Shown: positions 1 through 8,880 of the stretch, in pieces
Numbering within the stretch: position 1 is the first letter of the stretch
Layout: every line of letters begins with the position of its first letter
The notes under the pieces: model-generated
Database searches by the model: none
Told to the model about the DNA's origin: nothing
The model's input: only the letters and a program-made list of their open reading frames with translations
Source: an uncultured Candidatus Cloacimonadota bacterium
GTDB taxonomy: Bacteria; Cloacimonadota; Cloacimonadia; Cloacimonadales; Cloacimonadaceae
Direction: 5' to 3'
Assembly: GCA_964634035.1 (NCBI GenBank)
Contig: CAZWJK010000006.1
Coordinates: forward strand, 10,053-49,204
DNA length: 39,152 bases
Translations under genes and position numbers: made by a program

Positions 1-753
1 TCAGCTCAACTGCATTTTACATCATCTTTGCTAATGTTGATGGCAGGCATTCCCAACCGGCTGGGTTTTCCCAGACAAAAACTACTGACGATGACCATTG
101 ACCTGCCCAAAGGCGTTCCCGTTGTGAAGCGTTATTTGCGGCTGATGACTGCTTTGACAGATCAAGTTTATGACCACCAGACAGAGCTGTTTTGGGATGA
201 TGAAACTGATGAAAGGGTTGAAAGCGAAGCCGGCGAATTTCTCAGAAAACATAAGACAGTAATAGGAATTGCTCCCGGCTCAGTTTGGCCGACCAAGCGC
301 TGGCTGCCTGTATACTTTGCAGAACTGATCAGGGAACTTGATAAAAGAGATGTCAAGGCAATTCTGATCGGCGGAAAAGAAGATTTTCAACTCTGCCAGG
401 AAATTGCCCTGCTGGCTGATTCCGAAGCTTTAAACATAGCAGGAAAGCTTTCTCTGCTTGGCTCCGCTGCTTTGATCCAGAAACTGAAACTAATTCTGAC
501 CAATGACAGTGCCCCGCTCCATCTTGCCAACGCTGTCCAGACAGACGTGGTCGCCATCTTCGGACCGACAGTGAAAAGGTTCGGATTTTATCCTTTCAGA
601 GCCAATGACAGAGTTGTGGAACTTGATCTCGGCTGCCGTCCATGCGGCAAACACGGACACAAAAAGTGCCCTCTCAAACATTTTAATTGCATGAAAAACA
701 TCACTCCTGATACTGTCCTGAAAGAAGTTTTAGCTGCATTGGAGATGGGATGA
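1..753 (+). CDS. Glycosyltransferase family 9 (ADP-heptose:LPS heptosyltransferase-like), 5'-truncated by window edge
   Basis: Frame is open from base 1. Motifs GIAPGSVWPTKRW, ILIGGKED, LTNDSAPLHLA and IFGPT are typical of RfaF/RfaC-type GT9 enzymes. Stop overlaps the next start (ATGA). Confidence 0.8.
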   Translation, partial: SAQLHFTSSLLMLMAGIPNRLGFPRQKLLTMTIDLPKGVPVVKRYLRLMTALTDQVYDHQTELFWDDETDERVESEAGEFLRKHKTVIGIAPGSVWPTKRWLPVYFAELIRELDKRDVKAILIGGKEDFQLCQEIALLADSEALNIAGKLSLLGSAALIQKLKLILTNDSAPLHLANAVQTDVVAIFGPTVKRFGFYPFRANDRVVELDLGCRPCGKHGHKKCPLKHFNCMKNITPDTVLKEVLAALEMG

Positions 754-1802
754 ACGGAAAGATAACTCTGCTGACTGGTTATGACCACTTTTTCGGCCAG
801 ACCAGAAAACCGTGGGTCAGCCTCAACACCAAGGCGCTGATAGAAGATCTGGAAAAACATGGTATTCAGGTGACTGAGTACCCGTTTCACAAAGTGATGA
901 ATGGTGAAATTGAAATCAGAGAGGCGGTCGTATTTTACACTTTCAGCCAAAGAGAGAACCTCCGCCACTACATAAAGGACACTGTTTATGCTCTTCAGAA
1001 CAATGGAAATGTTCTAATTCCTTCGTATGAGCTTCTGCATTGCCACGAGAACAAGGGCTACCAGGAAAGCCAGAAAAGAGCATTGGGCATCACCAATCTG
1101 CCCTCGCTTTACTTCAGCAGTAAACGTGAACTGGAAGAATATGTGATTAATTATCCCGTTGTTTTAAAGACCATTGAAGGTTCCAACGGCAAAGGCGTCT
1201 TTCTCATTAAATCAAAGGAGCAGTTGCTGGATACAATCAGAAAACTTGAACCCAAGGCGTCTATTACAACCAAGCTGGACTTGTTCAGACGAAAATATCT
1301 GCGGCTGCCCAAAAAGTTCATGGGTTATGACCTGTTTGACAGCAAAAAAGACTTTGAACAATACAGGGACTACATAACGCCGGAAATCTGCTTTGTGCTG
1401 CAGAGATTCGTTCCGGGCCTGCAGTTTGACTACAGGGTCATCATCCTCGGTGAGCATTACTACGTAACCAAGCGTTTGACCCGTAAGGATGATTTCAGAG
1501 CCAGCGGTGCCAAGCGTTTCACCTTTGATTTTCAGGCGCCTGATGAACTGCTGACATATTCCAAAGAGTTGTTTGACAAATTTGACAGCCCCTGTCTGTC
1601 ACTGGATATCGGCGTCAAGGACAACGAGTTTTTCCTGTTTGAATTTCAAGCCCTGCATTTCGGCATCAACGCCATTGTCAGAGGCAAAGGATATTATCTG
1701 AACTCCGGCGGAAACTGGTCATTCGTCAATCACAAACCTGTCTTCGAAAAAGAGCTCAGCCATGCCTTGCTGACCTATCTGCACAAGAAAAAGTTGTTCT
1801 GA
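750..1802 (+). CDS. ATP-grasp domain protein (RimK/YheC-like ligase fold), unknown substrate
   Basis: 350-aa ORF. The segment YPVVLKTIEGSNGKGVFLIKSKEQL and the later FVLQRFVP..DYRVIILG resemble ATP-grasp nucleotide-binding strands. It is translationally coupled on both sides (ATGA at 750, TGATG at 1800). Confidence 0.55.
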   Translation: MNGKITLLTGYDHFFGQTRKPWVSLNTKALIEDLEKHGIQVTEYPFHKVMNGEIEIREAVVFYTFSQRENLRHYIKDTVYALQNNGNVLIPSYELLHCHENKGYQESQKRALGITNLPSLYFSSKRELEEYVINYPVVLKTIEGSNGKGVFLIKSKEQLLDTIRKLEPKASITTKLDLFRRKYLRLPKKFMGYDLFDSKKDFEQYRDYITPEICFVLQRFVPGLQFDYRVIILGEHYYVTKRLTRKDDFRASGAKRFTFDFQAPDELLTYSKELFDKFDSPCLSLDIGVKDNEFFLFEFQALHFGINAIVRGKGYYLNSGGNWSFVNHKPVFEKELSHALLTYLHKKKLF

Positions 1803-2863
1803 TGGTGTTTTCCAAGTATCTGCTCACAATTCCATATTGCGCTGTCTGGCACTTGCTGAAACTGCTGAATAAACTGGAGCCTATGGTGTTTTACTGTGGC
1901 GATCCCCTGGACCATTTTGTTTTTGCACCGGTTTTGAAACATCTGGGGATTGTTACATATGTCGCTGATAAAAAAGCAGCCAAAGAATTCCTGCAAGGCC
2001 ATGGGATTAAGTTCATAAACTGGCCTGCCTTTCCGGAAGTTGTGATCATGGCAAGGCACTCCACTCATAAGTTTCCCTGTTCCGCCATCATCAAGATCGG
2101 CATGAGGCATGGCGCTTATCATTTTAAAAGAATGACTTCTTCCGCTTCCTACAATGAGTTTGACCTTTATCTGATGACATCTGAACAAGACGTTCAAGTT
2201 GGTCACAGTCATGGCGTGAAATCTGCCCAAGCAGTCGGATTTCCCAAACTGGATCCCGCCTTTGATAACACTATTAATGATGGCGTATTGGATGAGTTGA
2301 AAAGCAGACTCAATCATGATCCTGCCAAACCAACCGTTCTTTTTACAGCGACTTATGACGCTTCCGGAATGTCAGCCATCGGGATGTGGCATGATAAACT
2401 GTCCGGTCTTACAAACAAATACAATGTGCTGGTGACCACACATCCCTGGATCGATAAAATCTATAAACAAACCATTAAACAAACGCCTGACGTATATCTT
2501 ATAGATGATTATGATATTCTGCCATACATTAAAATTGCTGATGTAGTGGTGGGTGACACAAGTTCCATTCTGGCAGAAAGCTGTGCCCTGGACAAGCCGA
2601 TGATCACATTTGAAATCAACAAGGCAAAGCGCAGCCTGGATGAAATCGACACCTTGATCAAAAGCATCAGTTACAGAGTTTCCGGATTTGATCAACTGTC
2701 AGGCACAATTGAGCATGCTCTGGCGCACAAAACAGAATTGGCTGAAGCCAGAGCCCAAGCCAATCAGATCTTTTTTGACAAACTTGATGGCAAAGCCGGA
2801 GAGCGGGCAGCCGCAGAGATCATAAAACTGCTCCAAGCACGAGGTAAGAATGAATTGGTATGA
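1802..2863 (+). CDS. CDP-glycerol glycerophosphotransferase family protein (TagB/TagF-like)
   Basis: C-terminal half carries VLFTATYD, VLVTTHPW and ADVVVGDTSSILAESCALDKPMITF. These match the PTxR / HP / DYSS..D...kP pattern of the Glyphos_transf family. Confidence 0.6.
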   Translation: MVFSKYLLTIPYCAVWHLLKLLNKLEPMVFYCGDPLDHFVFAPVLKHLGIVTYVADKKAAKEFLQGHGIKFINWPAFPEVVIMARHSTHKFPCSAIIKIGMRHGAYHFKRMTSSASYNEFDLYLMTSEQDVQVGHSHGVKSAQAVGFPKLDPAFDNTINDGVLDELKSRLNHDPAKPTVLFTATYDASGMSAIGMWHDKLSGLTNKYNVLVTTHPWIDKIYKQTIKQTPDVYLIDDYDILPYIKIADVVVGDTSSILAESCALDKPMITFEINKAKRSLDEIDTLIKSISYRVSGFDQLSGTIEHALAHKTELAEARAQANQIFFDKLDGKAGERAAAEIIKLLQARGKNELV

Positions 2864-3593
2864 CGGGCACTGCCATCTGACAGAAGTTGCAAAGCTGTAT
2901 GACTTTCAGGAAGTCCTATCAACAGCGGCAAAACGTGACATTCAGGGTTGGCTGTCCTGCGCTTTGAGCAAGGAAGAGGTGCGTTGGCATCAGCTAAACC
3001 GCAATGACAAGATAAAATTCTCGGCAGGAATTCATCCCGTTTATGATGAAGGAACGAAACTTTCTTTGGATGATCTGGAGCAGTTGGCCAAAGACAAGCA
3101 GCTTTATGCCATCGGCGAAATCGGACTGGATAAAAGGAACCGGCGTCTGGATGAACAGGTGAAACTGCTCCGGGACCAGATCTCGCTGGCCAGAGCTTAT
3201 GATCTGCCCTGCGTTTTTCACATCGTAGGGCATTATGATGTTTTTTTCAAGATTCTGAAAGATTTGCCTGTGCGTGGTATATGGCATGGATTTTACGCTT
3301 CCAAAGAGGTGGTGAAGCAATTCAGCGCTTTTGATCTGACCTTTTCCATGGGCAAGGTTCTGATCGACTCGCTGAAACATGACATCATCAACGACATCAT
3401 CACATATGGCAATTTCCTGATCGAAACCGACGCTCCCTTCAACCTAAGAAAACCTGAAAAGGGCAGTTCTGATCAGCTAAATCCGCTGATTGAACTGGTC
3501 AACTATGCCAGGATCGTGAGCCGGATGAATGGCGTGAAACTTGAATCATTGCAGATGGTTCTGGCTAATAATGCAAAGCAATACTTTACTTAG
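2850..3593 (+). CDS. TatD family metal-dependent hydrolase/DNase
   Basis: N-terminal DGHCHL, GEIGLDK, VFHIV and IETDAPF motifs are characteristic of TatD/YcfH. It overlaps the upstream gene by 14 nt. Confidence 0.85.
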   Translation: MNWYDGHCHLTEVAKLYDFQEVLSTAAKRDIQGWLSCALSKEEVRWHQLNRNDKIKFSAGIHPVYDEGTKLSLDDLEQLAKDKQLYAIGEIGLDKRNRRLDEQVKLLRDQISLARAYDLPCVFHIVGHYDVFFKILKDLPVRGIWHGFYASKEVVKQFSAFDLTFSMGKVLIDSLKHDIINDIITYGNFLIETDAPFNLRKPEKGSSDQLNPLIELVNYARIVSRMNGVKLESLQMVLANNAKQYFT

Positions 3594-3608
3594 AGCGTCT
3601 TAACAGCT

Positions 3609-4352
3609 ATGAATTATAGCCAGTTCACCCGAACCGAGATACTCATCAGCCCTGAAAATGTTCAGAAACTGAACCAGATCAGGGTTGCCGTCATTGGTCT
3701 GGGCGGAGTTGGTTCCTATGCCGTGGAAGCGCTTGCCAGAGCGGGTGTGGGCTCATTTCTGATCATTGACTTTGACTTTGTCAATCTGTCCAATCTGAAC
3801 AGGCAGTTAATAGCTCTGCAAAGCACCATCGGAAAGCCCAAAACGCAGGTGATGAAACAGCGCATTCTGGAGATCAATCCTTCGGCGGAAGTGGAAATCG
3901 TGAATGAATTCCTGGCTCAGGACAATCGTGGCCGCTATCTTAAAGACCTGGACTATATCATCGATGCCATCGACAGCCTGGGTCCCAAGGTCGGGCTTCT
4001 GGTATATGCCATCAGAAGCAGTATTAACATCATCTCCGTGATGGGGGCAGGCAACCGCCTTGACCCGACCCAGATCCATATCGGCAAACTTTCCCAAAGC
4101 TGGAATTGCCCGCTTGCCAAAAGGGTGCGCAAGTATCTCAGACGGCGCGGAATGCCGATCGATCTGCCTGTGGTATATTCTTCCGAAAAACCGCTCAAGC
4201 CGGACAGCGAGGAAGATGACGAAGCCGATGAGATCATCATCCAGCGCGGCAGGCAGCGTCAGACCATTGGCTCGATCAGTTACATGCCTGCCATAATGGG
4301 TATGATGGCAGCTTCCTACGTGATCCGGGACCTGCTTCAAATCGATATCTAA
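3609..4352 (+). CDS. tcdA: tRNA threonylcarbamoyladenosine dehydratase (ThiF/MoeB-fold, TcdA/CsdL family)
   Basis: VAVIGLGGVGSYAVEALARAGVG..IIDFD.V..SNLNRQ Rossmann/E1-like motif, with length and layout typical of TcdA. Confidence 0.75.
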   Translation: MNYSQFTRTEILISPENVQKLNQIRVAVIGLGGVGSYAVEALARAGVGSFLIIDFDFVNLSNLNRQLIALQSTIGKPKTQVMKQRILEINPSAEVEIVNEFLAQDNRGRYLKDLDYIIDAIDSLGPKVGLLVYAIRSSINIISVMGAGNRLDPTQIHIGKLSQSWNCPLAKRVRKYLRRRGMPIDLPVVYSSEKPLKPDSEEDDEADEIIIQRGRQRQTIGSISYMPAIMGMMAASYVIRDLLQIDI

Positions 4353-4440
4353 CCCATAAATACCATCCTTAGCCCATCTATCTGTCTATTGCCTTTCCAA
4401 TTCATTTGATGCATCATATGTGTTTTATTTTCTTAAGATT

Positions 4441-4495
4441 CCCTGGCACTTCCTTGGCTTGACCCGGGAACTGCCCGGGAAGTGCCCGGGATGCA
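4441..4495. repeat. Five tandem degenerate 11-bp units (CCCTGGCACTT/CCTTGGCTTGA/CCCGGGAACTG/CCCGGGAAGTG/CCCGGGATGCA); also a GC-rich hairpin
   Basis: Read directly. CGGGAA, CGGGAA and CGGGAT cores sit at 4465, 4476 and 4487 (11-bp phasing). GGCACTTCC (4445-4453) is perfectly complementary to GGAAGTGCC (4478-4486), flanked by CCC/GGG. It lies in the convergent tcdA / yitT-like intergenic region. Confidence 0.6.
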
Positions 4496-4573
4496 TGTAT
4501 GCAGAACAATTCGAATTTTAGCTGATATAAAGTGATAAATCAAACAGAGGATTAGTTAGATTCCCGGCGCTGT

Positions 4574-5524
4574 TTAACTGTCTTTCAAGGTAAACTGGCG
4601 GGTCCTGAAACCGTAGCCCATTACATCATTGACATCCGTGACGATCATGAAAGCTTCCTTGTCGATGTCTTTGACGATGTCGGTCAGCTCCGGAACCTGA
4701 CGCCGGTTGACCACACAGAAGAGGACGTTGATGTCTCTATTGTGAAAACCGCTGGTGCCTTTAAAGAAGGTTACGCCTCTGTCCAGGCGCTCAAAGATGT
4801 CGTCGCGTATCTCCGCAACCTTGTCTGAGATGACATAGACGCCTTTGATGTAGGGCAGGCCTTCACTGGCAAGGTCAGTGATCTTGGTGGAAATGAACAG
4901 GTTCAAAAATCCCCAGATGACAAGTTTGAGGTCATGCAGAATAATCCCGACACCTAAAATGATGAAAGTTTCCACCAGCCAGTAGCCGGTTCCGATGCTG
5001 AGCCCTGCCTTCTGTTTGATCAGGGCTACGGGGATATCCGTGCCGCCGGTGGAACCTCTGAATCGGAAAATTATGCCGAGTCCCAGTCCCAAGAGAACGC
5101 TTCCGGCTATCGCGCTGAGGTATATGTCATTAGGAGCGAGCATGGCATAGGCCAGTTTGCCTTTGACCAGAAATGTATACTTCTCCAGATTCTCGATCAG
5201 GCCTAGTCTGTACAGGGACGGCAGACTGAGCAGGTCGGTCATCATTGAGCTGGCAAACATGCCATATAACGATTTAGCGCCAAATGACTTGCCGATAAAG
5301 ATAAAGCTGATGATGAAAAGAGGGATGTTGATGACGATCATGGTCATGCCGACTGGAAATCCAAAGAAGAAATGAAACAACTGCGCTATGCCGCCAACGC
5401 CGCCCGGGACGATGTTATAGGGGATAAGGAACCAGGAATAGCCAATCCCGAAAATGGCTGCCCCGATCAGGATGCCCAGGTATTGGCCTAATTCACGTCT
5501 GAGATTGAGTTTGTGCTGTTTCAT
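4574..5524 (-). CDS. YitT family membrane protein (DUF2179 C-terminal domain)
   Basis: Polytopic N-terminal region containing the PGGVGGIAQ and GSTGGTDI motifs, followed by a soluble C-terminal domain. This is the typical YitT/YpjC layout. Confidence 0.75.
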   Translation of the reverse strand: MKQHKLNLRRELGQYLGILIGAAIFGIGYSWFLIPYNIVPGGVGGIAQLFHFFFGFPVGMTMIVINIPLFIISFIFIGKSFGAKSLYGMFASSMMTDLLSLPSLYRLGLIENLEKYTFLVKGKLAYAMLAPNDIYLSAIAGSVLLGLGLGIIFRFRGSTGGTDIPVALIKQKAGLSIGTGYWLVETFIILGVGIILHDLKLVIWGFLNLFISTKITDLASEGLPYIKGVYVISDKVAEIRDDIFERLDRGVTFFKGTSGFHNRDINVLFCVVNRRQVPELTDIVKDIDKEAFMIVTDVNDVMGYGFRTRQFTLKDS

Positions 5525-5584
5525 GTTTCACCTCTTTTGGTTTTGCTTGACGAATTCACCGGTCAGTCAGAAAAGTCCTGAGTT

Positions 5585-7246
5585 ATGAAAATAGAACTCA
5601 GAATCGACAGTAGTCCCTTTCAGGTCTTTGAGACAGAAGAACCTGTTACCATTCAGGACATCATGAAAAATGTGCCTGAACTTGCCTGCCCTGTCTTATC
5701 CTACAAAATCAACCATAGCCATTATGTCAATGATGAATACCTGCTGGACAGAGACACACTGGTGGACGGCATCACGTTCCTGCATCCGGAAGGTTATAGG
5801 ATTTATCAGGATTCAGCCCTGTTCATACTTGCCAAAGCGCTCTACAGCATCTTTGGCAGTGAGCATGACTTGGTGGCAGAGCACTCCATAGGAGACGGGG
5901 TGTTTTGTGAATTATTTGGGGTGGAAACCTTTACGGAACAAGACTGCCAGCGCATTTCGGATGAGATGCGCAAGATCGTGCAAAGTGAAATTCCCATTGA
6001 TAAAATCGAAGTCCGCTTTGACGAAGCGGAAGAGATCTTCGGCTCGATGGGCAGAAGTGATCTGCTGAAGAACTTCCAATACTACTCCCAGCGCAAGATT
6101 CACATCTATAAATGCGGGAAATTTTACGATTTCTACATTCGTCCGCTGGCGGATAATACAAAGTTCATAGACAGCTTTGAACTGGTTTATAAAGCTCCGG
6201 GATTCATTCTCCGCTTTCCGGCGGGCAAGCAATGCAAGATGAGCCAGCCTTTCAGTATTCCTGCCAAGCTATTTAATATGCACCAGGAACATGACAAATG
6301 GCTCAATATCCTCAAAGTGCATAACATGGTGGATCTGAACAAACTGATAGACACCTATGACATTTCGCAGTTCATCCTGGTGGAAGAAGCTCTGCATGAA
6401 AAAAAGATCGCCGAGATCGCCGCTCAGATCGTTGCCAATCCGGATTGGAAAATTGTCCTGATCGCAGGTCCTTCATCTTCAGGCAAGACAACCTTTGCCA
6501 AGCGTCTGTCTGTTCAACTCCAGGCCAGTAAAGCGACTCCCATGGTCATCGGATTGGATGACTATTTTCTCGCTCGTGAAAAGACTCTCAAAAAAGAAAA
6601 CGGCAGCTATGACTTTGAAAGTTTATATGCTCTGGATATCGATCTGCTCAATAAACAAATGACCCAGCTTCTGAATGGCGAAGCTGTGGAACTGCCGAAA
6701 TTCAATTTTACCAAGGGCCGCAGCCAGAGAGTTCACCCGCCTGTCAAACTTGGCAAGGATTCAATTGTGGTAATGGAAGGCATCCACGGCCTGAATGATA
6801 TTTTAACTGCTGACATACCAGCAAAGAATAAAGTGAAAATATATGTCAGTGCCCTCAATCAGCTCAACATCGATAATCACAACCGGGTCCCAACCACGGA
6901 CTGCAGACTGATCAGACGCATGGTGCGCGATTACAGGTACCGCGGATACACAGCGGAAGAGACTCTGCTGCGCTGGCGCGATGTCAGAGAAGGCGAAGAG
7001 AAAAACATCTTCCCATTTCAGGAAAATGCTGATATCATGTTCAACAGCAGCCTGACCTATGAGCTGGGAGTATTCAAAAAATATGCCTGGAAAATGCTTC
7101 AGAAGATCGCGCCCAAGTCACCTGTCTATACTGAAACACAGCGTCTGCTGACCCTGCTTTACTACATTAAGGACATCCCGGAAACTTTGGTACCTTATAA
7201 TTCCATCATCAGGGAATTCACCAACGGAAGCATATTCCAATACTGA
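5585..7246 (+). CDS. Uridine-kinase-family nucleoside kinase with N-terminal TGS/ThrRS-like extension
   Basis: P-loop IAGPSSSGKTTFAKRL is followed by the GLDDYF and EGIHGLN motifs of the uridine/cytidine kinase family. About 280 aa of N-terminal extension precede them. Confidence 0.7.
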   Translation: MKIELRIDSSPFQVFETEEPVTIQDIMKNVPELACPVLSYKINHSHYVNDEYLLDRDTLVDGITFLHPEGYRIYQDSALFILAKALYSIFGSEHDLVAEHSIGDGVFCELFGVETFTEQDCQRISDEMRKIVQSEIPIDKIEVRFDEAEEIFGSMGRSDLLKNFQYYSQRKIHIYKCGKFYDFYIRPLADNTKFIDSFELVYKAPGFILRFPAGKQCKMSQPFSIPAKLFNMHQEHDKWLNILKVHNMVDLNKLIDTYDISQFILVEEALHEKKIAEIAAQIVANPDWKIVLIAGPSSSGKTTFAKRLSVQLQASKATPMVIGLDDYFLAREKTLKKENGSYDFESLYALDIDLLNKQMTQLLNGEAVELPKFNFTKGRSQRVHPPVKLGKDSIVVMEGIHGLNDILTADIPAKNKVKIYVSALNQLNIDNHNRVPTTDCRLIRRMVRDYRYRGYTAEETLLRWRDVREGEEKNIFPFQENADIMFNSSLTYELGVFKKYAWKMLQKIAPKSPVYTETQRLLTLLYYIKDIPETLVPYNSIIREFTNGSIFQY

Positions 7247-7275
7247 TAATCAAGCAAGAGCCAAGCAGGAAAGAG

Positions 7276-8025
7276 TTATTTTTTTAGGTGCTCAAAACCG
7301 TATTGGATAATAGCAGAAAAAGCAGTTTCATACATAAAATCAAATTGCTCAAGCGAGTGAGAATCAGAACCGATGGTGACAAGCTTGCCGCCCAGTTTCT
7401 GATAGAGCTCAAGGTAAACAGGTTCCGGGATCAGTGATTTGTAAGGTTTGCGCAGGCAGGCAAGATTCAGTTCCAGAGCGATTCCTTTGTCGATCATGGC
7501 TCTGAAAATGTCTGTAATTATTGGCAGGCAATGTTTTTCATCAGGAATTGAGGTGTAATATCTCTTATAGACACCAAGGTGTGCCAATACATCAAAATCG
7601 CAGGTCTGGACAAGGCGCAGATTATTATCATAGTATTGGCTGATCTCATCTTTGGACAAGGGTTTCTTGAGCGGGATGGCGACATTGATGTGATCACCCG
7701 TAAAATGCACTGAGCCCAGGACAAGTTCAAACAGCATCTGACTCAGCAAGGGGTCGGCCTGGCACTTCACATCCTGAAAGTCACCGACTTCGATGCCCCA
7801 GATGATTTTTATCTCTGAATACTGCTTGCGAAGATGATCGACCAGGTTTTTGTATTTGACCAGAGAGGGGACACCAAAGACCGAAAGCTCCTGTGGCAGC
7901 AGGTCAAGATGCTCAGTGACAGCAATCTCATCATAGCCAAGTGTGATGGCGTGAGGGATGAGTTCAGACAGCTTCAATTGACTGTCAGCACTGAAATCGG
8001 TGTGAAGATGATAGTCTTGTTTCAT
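7276..8025 (-). CDS. PHP-family histidinol-phosphatase (HisJ/HisK type)
   Basis: N-terminal DYHLHTDFSADS, later VTEHLD, GSVHF and GSDSH metal-ligand motifs of the PHP superfamily. The size (249 aa) fits HisJ. Confidence 0.7.
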   Translation of the reverse strand: MKQDYHLHTDFSADSQLKLSELIPHAITLGYDEIAVTEHLDLLPQELSVFGVPSLVKYKNLVDHLRKQYSEIKIIWGIEVGDFQDVKCQADPLLSQMLFELVLGSVHFTGDHINVAIPLKKPLSKDEISQYYDNNLRLVQTCDFDVLAHLGVYKRYYTSIPDEKHCLPIITDIFRAMIDKGIALELNLACLRKPYKSLIPEPVYLELYQKLGGKLVTIGSDSHSLEQFDFMYETAFSAIIQYGFEHLKK

Positions 8026-8095
8026 TTTCCTGCTAAGATTCCTGCTTGCGCAGGAATGACATCAATAAAAAACATCTACTAGTTTGGCCAACTAC

Positions 8096-8878
8096 TCATT
8101 TGGCTGTTTCTCTCAAAGCGATGAGAGCAGCGCCCAAAGCGCCGGTGAGCTCAGGTTCCGGAGGAACGATGACATCTGTGTTCAGGTTTTTGGAGAAAAT
8201 AGATTTCAGATCATTGTTGAGAGCAACTCCTCCTGTGAAGACAAGAGGCGGCTTCCAGGCAAGCTGATTGAGCTGAGAGATAATTCTATCCGAGATGGAA
8301 AGATGCACGGAACGGGCTATGTCAGCTGCAGAAACTCCTTTTGCTATCAGACCGATGATCTCGGATTCGGCAAAAACCACGCAGGTTGAGCTCAAGTGAA
8401 AATCCTGATTTGATTCAGCAGCAGTTTTGTCCAGTTTGTCACAAGTGATGCCAAGTTTCATTGCCACCATTTCCAGAAAACGGCCTGTTCCAGCGGCGCA
8501 TTTATCATTCATGACAAAGTCTATTATATGACCGTTTTCATCCAGACTGATGGTCTTAGAGTCCTGCCCGCCAATGTCTATGATGGTCCTGACATTAGGA
8601 TGATAAAACTGCACCCCAAGCGCATGACAACTAATTTCAGAAACAACTTTATCAGCTTTCATCAGATTGCGTCCGTAACCGGTAATGCAGGAAAGAACAA
8701 TATCTGTGTCAATGCAATGTAGTGAGTTCAATGCTTGAGCAAATAAAGTTGAGACGGTACCCACAGGATTGATCCCGCTGTCGGCAAAAGTGCTGAAGGC
8801 AATGTCAGAAGTTTTTGCATCAAGCAACACAAGTTTGGTGTTGCGTGAGCCGATGTCGATTCCGAGTGCATACTTCAT
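8096..8878 (-). CDS. BadF/BadG/BcrA/BcrD-type ATPase; 2-hydroxyacyl-CoA dehydratase activator-like (HgdC-type activase)
   Basis: GIDIGSRNTKLVL, DIGGQDSK, NDKCAAGTGRFLE (cluster-bridging Cys region) and FTGGVALN motifs. The 260-aa size matches stand-alone activases. Confidence 0.8.
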   Translation of the reverse strand: MKYALGIDIGSRNTKLVLLDAKTSDIAFSTFADSGINPVGTVSTLFAQALNSLHCIDTDIVLSCITGYGRNLMKADKVVSEISCHALGVQFYHPNVRTIIDIGGQDSKTISLDENGHIIDFVMNDKCAAGTGRFLEMVAMKLGITCDKLDKTAAESNQDFHLSSTCVVFAESEIIGLIAKGVSAADIARSVHLSISDRIISQLNQLAWKPPLVFTGGVALNNDLKSIFSKNLNTDVIVPPEPELTGALGAALIALRETAK

Positions 8879-8880
8879 GA

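Noticed and set aside
2850-3593. TatD plus QueC as a QatABCD-like (QueC-like associated with ATPase and TatD) defence system
   Set aside because: The two genes are 31 kb apart in unrelated operons. No QatA/QatB-like ATPase is adjacent. The QueC here has canonical housekeeping motifs and a Zn site.
4444-4459. Sigma54-like promoter TGGCAC-N5-TGGCT with correct GG-N10-GC spacing on the + strand
   Set aside because: There is no + strand gene downstream, because the next 950 bp encode the YitT-like gene on the opposite strand. The -12 element has a mismatch, and the GGCAC is equally explained as one arm of the 9-bp hairpin and repeat array. It is kept only as a footnote to the repeat finding.
8038-8057. 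Hairpin ATTCCTGC-TTGC-GCAGGAAT between the activase and hisJ-like genes as a terminator
   Set aside because: No U-tract follows on the transcribed (minus) strand. It sits 12 nt before the hisJ-like SD/ATG, so it is more likely an intercistronic stability or processing hairpin of minor interest.
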